Shown in pieces: positions 31,101-38,358 of a stretch of 64,000 nt of DNA. The notes beneath the pieces were generated by a model that worked only from the letters and a program-made list of their open reading frames with translations, was not told the origin of the DNA and searched no databases. Every line of letters begins with the position of its first letter. Within the stretch, counting starts at the first letter, position 1. This DNA comes from an uncultured bacterium (GTDB taxonomy: Bacteria; Omnitrophota; Omnitrophia; Omnitrophales; Aquincolibacteriaceae). Location: assembly GCA_964482725.1 (NCBI GenBank), contig CAYZYT010000010.1, forward strand, positions 15,794 through 79,793, written 5' to 3'. The position numbers and the translations under genes were made by a program.

Positions 31101-34100
31101 ATTGGCGGGGAAACAGTTGAGTGACCTAACGATTTTGGGAGCCTATGGACTAAAAAGTACTCTTCATGTGAACGGTGCTCTGAGCGTGACGGGGGCGGGC
31201 GGACTCGATGTTGAGAATAACGTGATGACGCTTGGGGGCAGTCTTGACCTGACGAATATCGATCGTGTGGGGGACGTGACACTCGATGGCTCTTCAGGTT
31301 CCATCCGATCGTCGGGTGTGGAGATGAATAGCTTGACCCTCTCAGGGGCTTATACATTGTCGGATGCTCTTTATGTGAAGGAGGAACTCAATATTCAGGC
31401 GCCGGGCACGCTTGATGCCCTGGGGAAGTCCATTAGCGCAGGTGGTAACTGGTCTTTCGACCGTCTTTTCAACCCCGGGGATGTCACACTCACGGGTGCA
31501 GGCAGCATCTCTTCAAGCGGGAGTGAATTTGGTAATTTGACGATCTCGGGGGCCTATGTGCTCGAGAATGCGCTTCATGTGAACGGTGTATTGAATGTGG
31601 TGGAAGAAACGGGCGAGCTCGATGCCGCGGGCAAAGCGATCACGGTCGCAAAAAATCTTTACCTTACAAACATCGAGGGGGTTCAGGATGTGACGCTAGA
31701 AGGTGAGGGATACTTTAAATCAGACGGGGACATTTTGAATAGCCTTACCATTTCAGGAGCGTATGTGCTGGAGGATCCGGTCACGGTGACACAGGATCTA
31801 GCGATAACGGAGACGGGCTCGCTCAATGCCATGGAATTTGCTATCAGCGAAGGCGGGGACTGGTCCTTCGACCGACTTTTGAATCGTGGAGATATCACGT
31901 TGACAGGTTCTTCCAAAACGATCACTACCGGTGGGCTTCCATTCAGGAACCTGACGATTTCGGGGGGGTACACGCTTGCGGGGGCGCTTCTTGTGACCAG
32001 CGTTTTGGATGTGACGGAGACGGGAACGCTTGATGCCAATTTCAATTCGATAGAGCTTGGATGTGATCTTAATCTTTCGAACATTTCCAATCCGTGGGAT
32101 GTGACGCTCTATGGCTCCGGGTCTCTTAATTCGGCAGAAGAAAGAGAGTTGAATAACCTGACGTTCATGGGAACGAATTCGCTTGGGAGCGCGATATTTG
32201 TGAACGGGGTGTTGGATGTCGTCGCAGGCACGGGTACTCTCGAGGCCAGGGGGAACGCGATTACGGTCGCACAGAGTCTTGATCTCACCTATATTTCTGA
32301 TGCTGGGGATGTGACTCTTACGGGTTCGGGTTCTCTTATCTCCGGGGGGCAAGCACTCGCCGGTCTGACGATCTCGGGGGATTACAGCCTTTCAGATAAT
32401 GCGCATGTGACCGGTGAACTGACGGTGACGGATACGGGGGCTCTCAATGCCAACGGGAAAAACATGATACTCGGGGGAAGCCTCGATCTCACGAGGATCG
32501 AAAATTATGCGGACTTGACGCTTGAGGGTTCCGGTTCGATCAAATCGGATGGCAAGGAGATGACTAATTTGACGATCTCAGGGTCGGGGGTCTATACCCT
32601 GGACGGTGCGCTTCATGTGAATGGCGTCTTCGATGTCTCGGCGGGGAATTTGGATGCTCGTTACACCGATATGACGATTGCCGGGGACCTGGATCTTACG
32701 AATATTTTGGATCCGGGCAATGTGACGCTTGATGGTTCTTCGGGCTTCATCAATTCGGCGGATAAGGCCGTAAGAGACTTGACGATCTTGGGAAATTATT
32801 CATTGCGGGATGCGCTTCATGTGAACGGTGAGCTGACGGTGACCGGGACGGGGCTTCTCCATATCCTGGGCCAATCGATGACGCTCGCTCAGAGTCTTGA
32901 TCTCACGAAGATCCCGGACGCTCAACACGTGACACTCGATGGCTCGGGGACGATCACCTCGGGGACAAATTCCATCGCCAGTTTGACGATCGCGGATACA
33001 GGATCCTATACGCTTCGGGACGCACTCACCGTGACGGGGGATCTTGTGCTGCTAGGGAGGGGAACACTTGACGCTGGTTCAATGGCCATTAGCGAAAGCG
33101 GGAATTGGGCCTCGCTGGGTATTTCCAACCTTGGAGCTGTGACACTGACAGGCTCCGGCAAGACGCTCACTTCCAGCGGTATTAGTTTTGGAAGTTTGAC
33201 GGTGACGACAGGGACTTATACGTTGTCCCTATCAGACCCGCTCACCGTGACGGGGGAATTGGATATCCAGGGGGCGGGCAGGCTCAATGCCTCGGGAAAT
33301 AATATCAGTGAAGGCGGCAACTGGTCTTTCGACCGTCTTTCTAATTACGGGAATGTAACGCTCACGGGATCGGGAAAAACGATTACGTCCGGTACAAATA
33401 CATTCAGTAATCTGACGGTTTCTGGGACTTATTCGCTCATCGATGCGCTTCGTGTAAGCGGTGCTTTGAATGTGCCGGCCCCGGGGAGTCTTGATGTTGC
33501 GGGCCAAGCGATGACCCTTGCCCAGGATCTTAATATTTCAGGGCTGTCGCATGCCGGGGATATAACCCTCACCGGTTCAGGCATCATTACTTCCGGCGGG
33601 AATCAATTCACGAGTCTGACAATCACAGGGGCTTACACACTGGCATCCTCCGACCCGCTCACCGTAACGGGGGACCTGGATATCCAGGGTTCGGGAACTC
33701 TCAATGCTTCAGGAAATACCATTAGCGAAGGCGGGAACTGGGTATTTACAAATCTTTCCAATTATGGAGCGGTGACGCTGACGGGTTCCGGCAAAACGAT
33801 CACTTCGGGCGGGAACGCATTCAGTGATCTTAGAGTCTCAGGAGACTATTCCTTGGTGGACGCGCTTCATGTGAATGGGGCGCTCAATGTGACCGGGACT
33901 TTGAATGGCGAGGGCAAGGCCATGACGCTGGCTCATGATCTTAACCTTACAAAGATCTCGAATGCCGGCAATGTGACGCTCGATGGTTCGGGTTTCATCA
34001 CCTCCGGCGGAAGATCCGTGCAGGATCTTACGATCTCCGGAACTTATTCCCTCGTGGACGCGCTTACTGCGGCCGGAAATCTTAGTATCCCGGGGACACT

Positions 34101-36567
34101 GGATGCCTCAGAAAAAGACATCAGCGTGGGCGGGGACTGGGCCTTCCTGGGCGGTCTTTTGAATCTCGCGAATGTCACTCTGACAGGTTCCGGAAAAACG
34201 ATCACTTCCGGGGGGAATGCATTTAATGATCTGACGATCTCGGGGCTCTATTCTCTGGTGGATGCGCTCCATGTGAACGGAGCGTTGGATGTGTCGTCCG
34301 GAACCTTGAACGCCTCGAGCAAAGCGATGACGATCGGGGGCGATATTGATCTCTCGAACATTACGAATGCTCAAGGTCTGACCTTGGATGGTTCAGGGTC
34401 GATCACTTCCTCGGGCCGTCAGGTGAGTGGTCTCACGATTACGGGAGCTTATACGCTGGCCGATGCGTTGTCCGTTAGTGGCGCGTTGAATATGACGGGT
34501 ACTTTGGATGCCGCAAACCAGGCAATGACCCTTGCTGAAAGTCTTGACCTTACGAAGATTTCGAATGCCAGGGATGTGACGCTCACGGGTTCGGGGTCGA
34601 TCAATACGGCGGGTCAAGCGTTGAACAACCTTTCCGTTTCCGGCGCCTATTCCCAGGCGAGCGATCTGAGCATGAATGGGGATTTTTCCGTGCTCGAGGG
34701 CGGTAGCTTTACGGATGCATCTCCGCTGAGCCACGCGTTTACGGTCGCCGGAAATTTCTCGGTGGCGTCTGGCACGAATGCTTTCCGCCGGTACACGGGG
34801 AGCGGTACCGCGAGCGATCCTTTTGTGGTCTTGACGGCGTATGACCTTCAGGGAATGAAAGGAAATCTGGCCTCTCATTTTAAATTGAGCGGCAATTTGA
34901 ATATGGACAGTTTCTCCGGCTGGAATGACGATGCGGGTTTTGATCCGATCGGTGACGCGACGAATGCCTTCACCGGGAGCTTGGATGGGAATCAGAAAGT
35001 GATCTCGAATCTTTCCCTGAACCGGGCGGGAAGTGATTATCAGGGGCTCTTCGGAAATATTGGTTCAACAGGAAGTGTCACTAATCTTGGTTTAGAAAAG
35101 GTCAGCGTTTTCGGTGGAAATTATGTCGGCGGTCTTGCCGGGTTGAATGCCGGTGGTCTGTCGAATGTTTATACGACCGGGGCTCATACCGTGAGTGGCG
35201 TGAATTATGTGGGCGGATTGGTGGGGAGTAATACGGGACTGATCGGGAACGCTTACTCTTCGTCTCGCGTGATCGGTACGGGGAGTGTGGGCGGTCTTGC
35301 GGGGGCCAATAGCGGCACGATCGATAAGACTTACGCGATGGGGTGGGTGACGGGGACTAGCAATACCGGGGGCCTTGTAGGGGCGGGCGCCGGGTCCGTG
35401 ACGAACTCGTATTGGGATATCGATTCGACGGGACGCGCAGCACGGGCGGGTGTGACTGAAGGTGTGGGGAAAACCACATCGGAAATGATGCTCTCAAGAA
35501 CTTATTCGGGATGGAGCGATATGAATACGGCGGGCGGGACTTGGGTGATGGCGGAGGGTGGAACCTATCCTCACTTCCAGTTCCGTTATCCCAGCGGAGT
35601 GCGCGGGGTGAGCGGGGATGTGTATAGCGCCCCTGGGACTTTGGCGGGTCCCGGAACCTTGGTTTCTATTTATTCCATAGTCGAGGGATCTTCTTCCGAA
35701 ACTTTGCTCGAAGAGACGATGACCGATGCTTCAAGCGGTTACTATGTTGCGCTCAGCCAAACTTTGGTGGGGGATACGGACTATGTGATGAGTGGAAGTC
35801 TTAGTGGCACTTCAAGAATGATCGCGGAGGCGGGTAGTATTTATCCTCTTTATGTTATAGCCAATCAGGATCTCACGCTGATTCATTCCGGTCCCACTCC
35901 GAATCCCACGCCTGTTGTGATCACTCCTGTGGCGGAGGTCCCGATGATGGTCCTCCGAAGTCTGGTGGATGCCGGAGACATCCCGACCCCCCGGCCTTCT
36001 TTGAGCCCTGCCCCTCACGTGACGATCGTTGATGAGACTGAGATCCCTATTGCGGAAGCCGCTTTTGCCCCAGAAGCGAATTCTCTAGTTGAACCGTCGC
36101 ATTCGTCCGTGGTGACTTTTGAGCCGCCAGAGCGTCCGGCAGTTAGTTCCAAGTTGCAGAATCGAACGGACAACAGCTCCAATAACAGCGCAAAACTTTC
36201 TATCGTCACAGAACCTCCGGCGGGTCATGAACCTGTTCCCGAGGTGTCGGAATCGCAGAGCTTCGGAACGAATTCTTCATGGCGCAGCGAGCACGGGGGA
36301 AGAGAAGTTACTACGGATATTCGGATGAGTGAAAGCGGGCAAGGGGTCGAAGAAATCACGACAGATATCCGGATGGATGAAGGCGGAGTTTTTTCAGTCG
36401 AGAGCGGCGAAGTCAATGCCTTCGGTGGCGCGCCAGGGGTCGAAGAAATCACGACAGACATTCGGATGGATGAAGGCGGAGTCTCTTCTTTCGAAGCAGT
36501 CGGAGTCAATTCTTCGTGGCGCAGCGAGCAAAGGCTGGGGGCCCAAAGTCAGGTGTTAGGTTCATAA
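25147..36567 (+). CDS. Giant secreted adhesin-like protein (3806 aa): FHA/TPS-like N-terminus, GLUG-type modules, beta-helix repeats
   Basis: Uninterrupted 11.4-kb ORF; signal peptide ..ITPVMA|ETV; three RFTG.G...PY..YGLQGM + VGGLVG modules; ~68-aa LTISG.Y.L.DAL.V.G.L repeats. Start codon uncertain (25147, 25156 or 25261). Confidence 0.9.
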   Translation: MENMKMENDLDQLWESSDVERGMWDGPQATSHKAHGIFMLSRCQPARSNGPIRPGRLTKVTALVTVFAFVWSMCITPVMAETVNLEGGSVDVNIQDNTTNWNVQGNPVWNVPEFNVPQGSTYNIAGLGQGSSLALLVNGGNASNIFGTMNLSNLAFILQNIAGINIGATGLINLDRASLLASTLPLNLDATQFLAQDYQFNGKGGFLMNEGKIIGNHADLVALISNAIENRGVIDVPMGTVALATGSMVTVGISGDGFVSIGVDESTANDMGLSDQIRNTGTISADGGRVILSAKAMDGLFEKAISLEQDGSALSAVKANNGSVEFVSFDDFYNSGSLSATNGHILVDSKGNITNEGTVSALSGSVEMTAGQSVYNKNLIEALGGKVEITAKEGGVKNTGTIDATDGVLTVNAREDVMNEALMKVVNGEIKATSTEGAIINAGTLDAEKGSIELNAAGTIETTGSLKAETFRERGATFRLGGHYQVGVSYHDNLDGALKMIPTHTGTSLSGTITDAGDVIVEAGTAVTLTGHTTIIADDDVNGFGFFEMLSGSSIAGGGFNLSITAGDRTGGTATENRLGSISNIGILSLNASAGGTPTYLSDPTAAIWTGITDFRISSGKLNRFTGTGSLATPYVIYDVYGLQGMQGFRDSGIYFQLDDSIDASSTLGWNGGLGFDPVGSSTASTENAPTDPFMGTLNGRNFIITGLKINRPSENFVGLFGATKDATIKNLGLGGGSVVGGDNVGSLVGYNFNTSVADFYASTSVSGGNYVGGLVGLNSGWSIITNSYVSGDVAGTGDRAGGFAGRNYQATITNSFATGVVTGGGAYRGGFIGEDTSSIYANNWWWKETAEGGHNYGLLDTGNNGDISDTKIAVEDTLADFYSSAHPVYVSSTTEGWDFDVEWLTSAGDLPTFGINPNTYLWTGTGSWSDPMNWNKSAVPGEGDVAGFNGTSIANSNIDDAFGGTLARIRIKVDYTGTITQDRSLAITGNYIQEGGIFRSDPIAQPVFSATNFYLPGGKFNRFTGTGTSGDPYMIHDIYGLQGMKGFVASGTYLELANDINASPAERWNYKGSGDAGDSANYFGFDPIGNREGNFSGVFDGAFHKITGLAINRPGTSNVGLFGRANNGNVHNVGLVGGSVIGASSVGGLIGYNYQSVVANSYSTLNVTGTEWVGGLVGTNDKNSSITRSYATGNVTNTGNTRGAGGLVGYNYDLSAITNSYATGRVSGYTDVGGLVGANENMVASFTCLAYSYSTGQVLYRGLASYAGGLVGWFASGLATKNYWDTTTSGMSNSSGVEKLPDGVTVIPGYVEGKTTAQMQQMTTFSGWNPGIWGLKAGVSYPELSLYHTRWTGAGSDSNWSTPENWSNNIVPDANTLVFFNDIGSAKASTIDAGFSGSVGYLGIGSGYGSTIDSTITQNRTLTTGDFSQSEGNFIGGDSINLHGFVLQGGSFTAPTTLNLTGGWSKSGGTFLSNSGTVNINGTGSQWLTSGGSSFNVLTINRTGTLQLQDALTVADQLTVTSGTLDVNSKNLSQGGDWSFTNLLNVGNVTLTGDGKTITSGGTSFPLLTTLTISGNYSLVDAMTIRNALNVTGTLDAATLAMTFERNVNIANVTRVGATTASGLGYTITSSGQPFASLRISGTYTLSPSDPITVTGDLATQGTGTLNAAGNAITEGGNWLFTGLSGLGAVTLTGSGKTITTPDPLINQFNDLTISGTYALAGDVDITKNGIHINGTLSVPGGTLNANSRNMTVAGSFDLTNISNAGNVVLDGSSGVITPAGKSLTSLSISSGAYSLLGPLSVGSLGVAGSLNVMSNTITTWGGIDLTNISGIQTLLLTGTGSLTSGSRVIQDLSISGTYSLASALSVNGVLSFSGAGALDALSNTMTFAQSLDLTNITNARDVVLTGSGSITSSTGKEMRNLTIASGLGVYTLEDALHVNNALDVSGGKLDADGFAMTIAGDLDLANISNAASVTLDGTTGSLTLAGKQLSDLTILGAYGLKSTLHVNGALSVTGAGGLDVENNVMTLGGSLDLTNIDRVGDVTLDGSSGSIRSSGVEMNSLTLSGAYTLSDALYVKEELNIQAPGTLDALGKSISAGGNWSFDRLFNPGDVTLTGAGSISSSGSEFGNLTISGAYVLENALHVNGVLNVVEETGELDAAGKAITVAKNLYLTNIEGVQDVTLEGEGYFKSDGDILNSLTISGAYVLEDPVTVTQDLAITETGSLNAMEFAISEGGDWSFDRLLNRGDITLTGSSKTITTGGLPFRNLTISGGYTLAGALLVTSVLDVTETGTLDANFNSIELGCDLNLSNISNPWDVTLYGSGSLNSAEERELNNLTFMGTNSLGSAIFVNGVLDVVAGTGTLEARGNAITVAQSLDLTYISDAGDVTLTGSGSLISGGQALAGLTISGDYSLSDNAHVTGELTVTDTGALNANGKNMILGGSLDLTRIENYADLTLEGSGSIKSDGKEMTNLTISGSGVYTLDGALHVNGVFDVSAGNLDARYTDMTIAGDLDLTNILDPGNVTLDGSSGFINSADKAVRDLTILGNYSLRDALHVNGELTVTGTGLLHILGQSMTLAQSLDLTKIPDAQHVTLDGSGTITSGTNSIASLTIADTGSYTLRDALTVTGDLVLLGRGTLDAGSMAISESGNWASLGISNLGAVTLTGSGKTLTSSGISFGSLTVTTGTYTLSLSDPLTVTGELDIQGAGRLNASGNNISEGGNWSFDRLSNYGNVTLTGSGKTITSGTNTFSNLTVSGTYSLIDALRVSGALNVPAPGSLDVAGQAMTLAQDLNISGLSHAGDITLTGSGIITSGGNQFTSLTITGAYTLASSDPLTVTGDLDIQGSGTLNASGNTISEGGNWVFTNLSNYGAVTLTGSGKTITSGGNAFSDLRVSGDYSLVDALHVNGALNVTGTLNGEGKAMTLAHDLNLTKISNAGNVTLDGSGFITSGGRSVQDLTISGTYSLVDALTAAGNLSIPGTLDASEKDISVGGDWAFLGGLLNLANVTLTGSGKTITSGGNAFNDLTISGLYSLVDALHVNGALDVSSGTLNASSKAMTIGGDIDLSNITNAQGLTLDGSGSITSSGRQVSGLTITGAYTLADALSVSGALNMTGTLDAANQAMTLAESLDLTKISNARDVTLTGSGSINTAGQALNNLSVSGAYSQASDLSMNGDFSVLEGGSFTDASPLSHAFTVAGNFSVASGTNAFRRYTGSGTASDPFVVLTAYDLQGMKGNLASHFKLSGNLNMDSFSGWNDDAGFDPIGDATNAFTGSLDGNQKVISNLSLNRAGSDYQGLFGNIGSTGSVTNLGLEKVSVFGGNYVGGLAGLNAGGLSNVYTTGAHTVSGVNYVGGLVGSNTGLIGNAYSSSRVIGTGSVGGLAGANSGTIDKTYAMGWVTGTSNTGGLVGAGAGSVTNSYWDIDSTGRAARAGVTEGVGKTTSEMMLSRTYSGWSDMNTAGGTWVMAEGGTYPHFQFRYPSGVRGVSGDVYSAPGTLAGPGTLVSIYSIVEGSSSETLLEETMTDASSGYYVALSQTLVGDTDYVMSGSLSGTSRMIAEAGSIYPLYVIANQDLTLIHSGPTPNPTPVVITPVAEVPMMVLRSLVDAGDIPTPRPSLSPAPHVTIVDETEIPIAEAAFAPEANSLVEPSHSSVVTFEPPERPAVSSKLQNRTDNSSNNSAKLSIVTEPPAGHEPVPEVSESQSFGTNSSWRSEHGGREVTTDIRMSESGQGVEEITTDIRMDEGGVFSVESGEVNAFGGAPGVEEITTDIRMDEGGVSSFEAVGVNSSWRSEQRLGAQSQVLGS
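25199..25251. repeat. Inverted arrays of 7-bp repeats (NYGTGGR / GYCACAA)
   Basis: acgtgga acgtggg atgtggg atgg followed by gccacaa gccacaa gtcacaa ggcacac. Confidence 0.75.
25272..25321. repeat. Perfect 22-bp inverted repeat with 6-nt loop
   Basis: TTGTCAACCTGCCAGGTCGAAT gggcca ATTCGACCTGGCAGGTTGACAA. Confidence 0.95.
36343..36482 (+). repeat. Near-identical 47-bp coding direct repeat (GVEEITTDIRMDEGGV) x2
   Basis: Copies start at 36343 and 36436, 93 bp apart. Confidence 0.85.
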
Positions 36568-36669
36568 ATAATTGAAGTGTCTTGCCGAAATAAAGCCGAG
36601 AAAATCATCCGTCGTCTCATTCCTTTGCGCCTCTCCAGTGTGAAGTGTTCTTTGCCGATATGGAAAGGG

Positions 36670-37593
36670 ATGGATACTCTTCCAAACATTGCAGAGAAAC
36701 TGAAGGACAAGAACTCGCTTCTTTTTGAGGAGTTCCTGAACTATCTTTCCGTGGAAAAAGGGTTGGCGCGGAACACTCTGGATGCTTACCGGCAGGATTT
36801 GACGCGCTATGATGCGTTCCTCAAGAAAGAAAAGGTTTCGGACTGGGGCAAGGTCTCGCGAACGCATATTTTGAAATTTCTGAACTCTGAAAGTAAGCGC
36901 GGGCTCGAATCTTCTTCGATCGCACGAGGGCTTGTCTCGGTCAAGCTTTTCCATCGTTTCCTTACCAAAGAGCGCTATGTCTCCAGCGATATCACTAGCG
37001 TTCTGGAATCACCCAAGCTTTGGAAAAAATTGCCGCATTTTCTGACCACGCAGGAGATGGACTCACTTCTCAAAATGCCGGATGTCAAAAACCCGGTAGG
37101 GATACGCGACCTAGCTCTTTTGGAATGTCTATACGCGACCGGGATGCGGGTCTCCGAGATTACGGAACTCACGGCGGAACATGTGTATCTGGATAATAAA
37201 TTCATCAAGTGCCGCGGCAAAGGTGACAAGGAGCGGCTTGTGCCGATCGGAGGTGTCGCGGTTTCCGCGTGTCAGACTTATTTGGATCGGGTTCGTTCAA
37301 AGCTGAAGACGAAGACCGATCATTTTTTTCTGGGGCGGAGCGGCGAAGGGCTGACGCGGCAATTCGTTTGGCAGATGATCAAAAAATATGCGCGGCTTGC
37401 CGGAATCACTAAAGACATCACGCCCCATACGTTCCGACATTCCTTTGCGACCCATCTTTTGGAGCGAGGGGCGGACCTGCGTGTTGTCCAGGAACTTCTC
37501 GGCCATGCCGATATTTCCACGACCCAGATCTACACCCACGTCTCCGGCAACCGCCTCAAATCCGTCCACAAGCAGTTTCACCCTCGCGGCTGA
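36670..37593 (+). CDS. xerD: Site-specific tyrosine recombinase XerD
   Basis: EKGL..NT..AY..DL, KLP..L, ATGMRVSE, GKGDKERLVP, HTFRHSFATHLL..GADLR.VQELLGHADISTTQIYTHV, HPR end. Confidence 0.92.
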   Translation: MDTLPNIAEKLKDKNSLLFEEFLNYLSVEKGLARNTLDAYRQDLTRYDAFLKKEKVSDWGKVSRTHILKFLNSESKRGLESSSIARGLVSVKLFHRFLTKERYVSSDITSVLESPKLWKKLPHFLTTQEMDSLLKMPDVKNPVGIRDLALLECLYATGMRVSEITELTAEHVYLDNKFIKCRGKGDKERLVPIGGVAVSACQTYLDRVRSKLKTKTDHFFLGRSGEGLTRQFVWQMIKKYARLAGITKDITPHTFRHSFATHLLERGADLRVVQELLGHADISTTQIYTHVSGNRLKSVHKQFHPRG

Positions 37594-37599
37594 CAGAAA

Positions 37600-37650
37600 G
37601 CCGCAAGGCCACAAGGGTTTCATGTGGCATGTGTCTTTGTGGCATGTGGC
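37600..37650. repeat. Inverted short-repeat array (GCCACAAG / CATGTGG)
   Basis: gccgcaag gccacaag ... catgtgg catgtgt c tttgtgg catgtgg, just after the xerD stop. Confidence 0.65.
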
Positions 37651-37719
37651 CCCAAGTTCGCTTGTTTCCCGTTTTGCGTTTAGTGAAGCTATGGTATACT
37701 CCCGCTCGAGGTGAATCTT

Positions 37720-37998
37720 ATGAAAAAACTTGTAGTGGCTTTGGTTTTGGGCATGTTGTTTCTTTCGGTCTCGCTCCCGATTTTGTGGGCAGAAGAGAGC
37801 GAAGCAGTCGGGATGGGAATGAGTGGAACTCCGGCGGAATTTTCCGATATGGAAAAGACCCTCAAGCAGGATCGTGCAGATACGCTTGAACGGCGCGTCT
37901 CGGACTTGGAACAGGCGAACCGGTTCATGTCGGAACGCGTGAAAATGCTCGAGAAATCCGTGTACGATTTGAAGGACAAGGTTGACCGGAAGTTTTAA
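37720..37998 (+). CDS. Small secreted coiled-coil protein
   Basis: GAGGTG SD, signal peptide (..ILWA|EE), LERRVSDLEQ...LEK.V.DLK heptads. Confidence 0.75.
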   Translation: MKKLVVALVLGMLFLSVSLPILWAEESEAVGMGMSGTPAEFSDMEKTLKQDRADTLERRVSDLEQANRFMSERVKMLEKSVYDLKDKVDRKF

Positions 37999-38031
37999 AC
38001 TGAATTCTGGGGAATTCGGGGCGAGTGTCCG

Positions 38032-38060
38032 TTGACATTCTATGGGGGCATCGCTATACT
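38032..38060 (+). promoter_or_regulatory. Sigma70-type promoter upstream of the tRNA-Glu leader
   Basis: TTGACA-17 bp-TATACT. Confidence 0.8.
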
Positions 38061-38247
38061 GAAAACGTTCTCAGCACTTTTTCCTCTCGCAGTTTTTCAA
38101 TCGTGAGTTAAATTGTTGCAGGCCGCGTGTTTTTTTAGCGCCTGATTTATAGAATTATTAGGGCGCTTGATTTTCCATAATAGAAATGAATCGTGGAATC
38201 AATGCTGCCCTAATGGGACCCTATAGAAAATAAATTGGATCCATCAG

Positions 38248-38325
38248 GGCGCTATCGTCTAGCCTGATCTAGGACGCTGCCCTCTCAAGGCAGAAACACG
38301 GGTTTAAATCCCGTTAGCGCTACCA
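38248..38325 (+). tRNA. tRNA-Glu(CTC)
   Basis: Acceptor GGCGCTA/TAGCGCT-A-CCA, anticodon arm CTGCC-CTCTCAA-GGCAG, T-arm ACGGG-TTTAAAT-CCCGT. Confidence 0.92.
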
Positions 38326-38358
38326 TTTGTTGTGGCCCTTAAGAAAGGTTAAGACAAG

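Noticed and set aside
36670-37593. Tyrosine recombinase near a tRNA as a prophage or island integrase
   Set aside because: The sequence has chromosomal XerD hallmarks. I saw no duplicated tRNA 3' end (att site) and no phage or plasmid genes.
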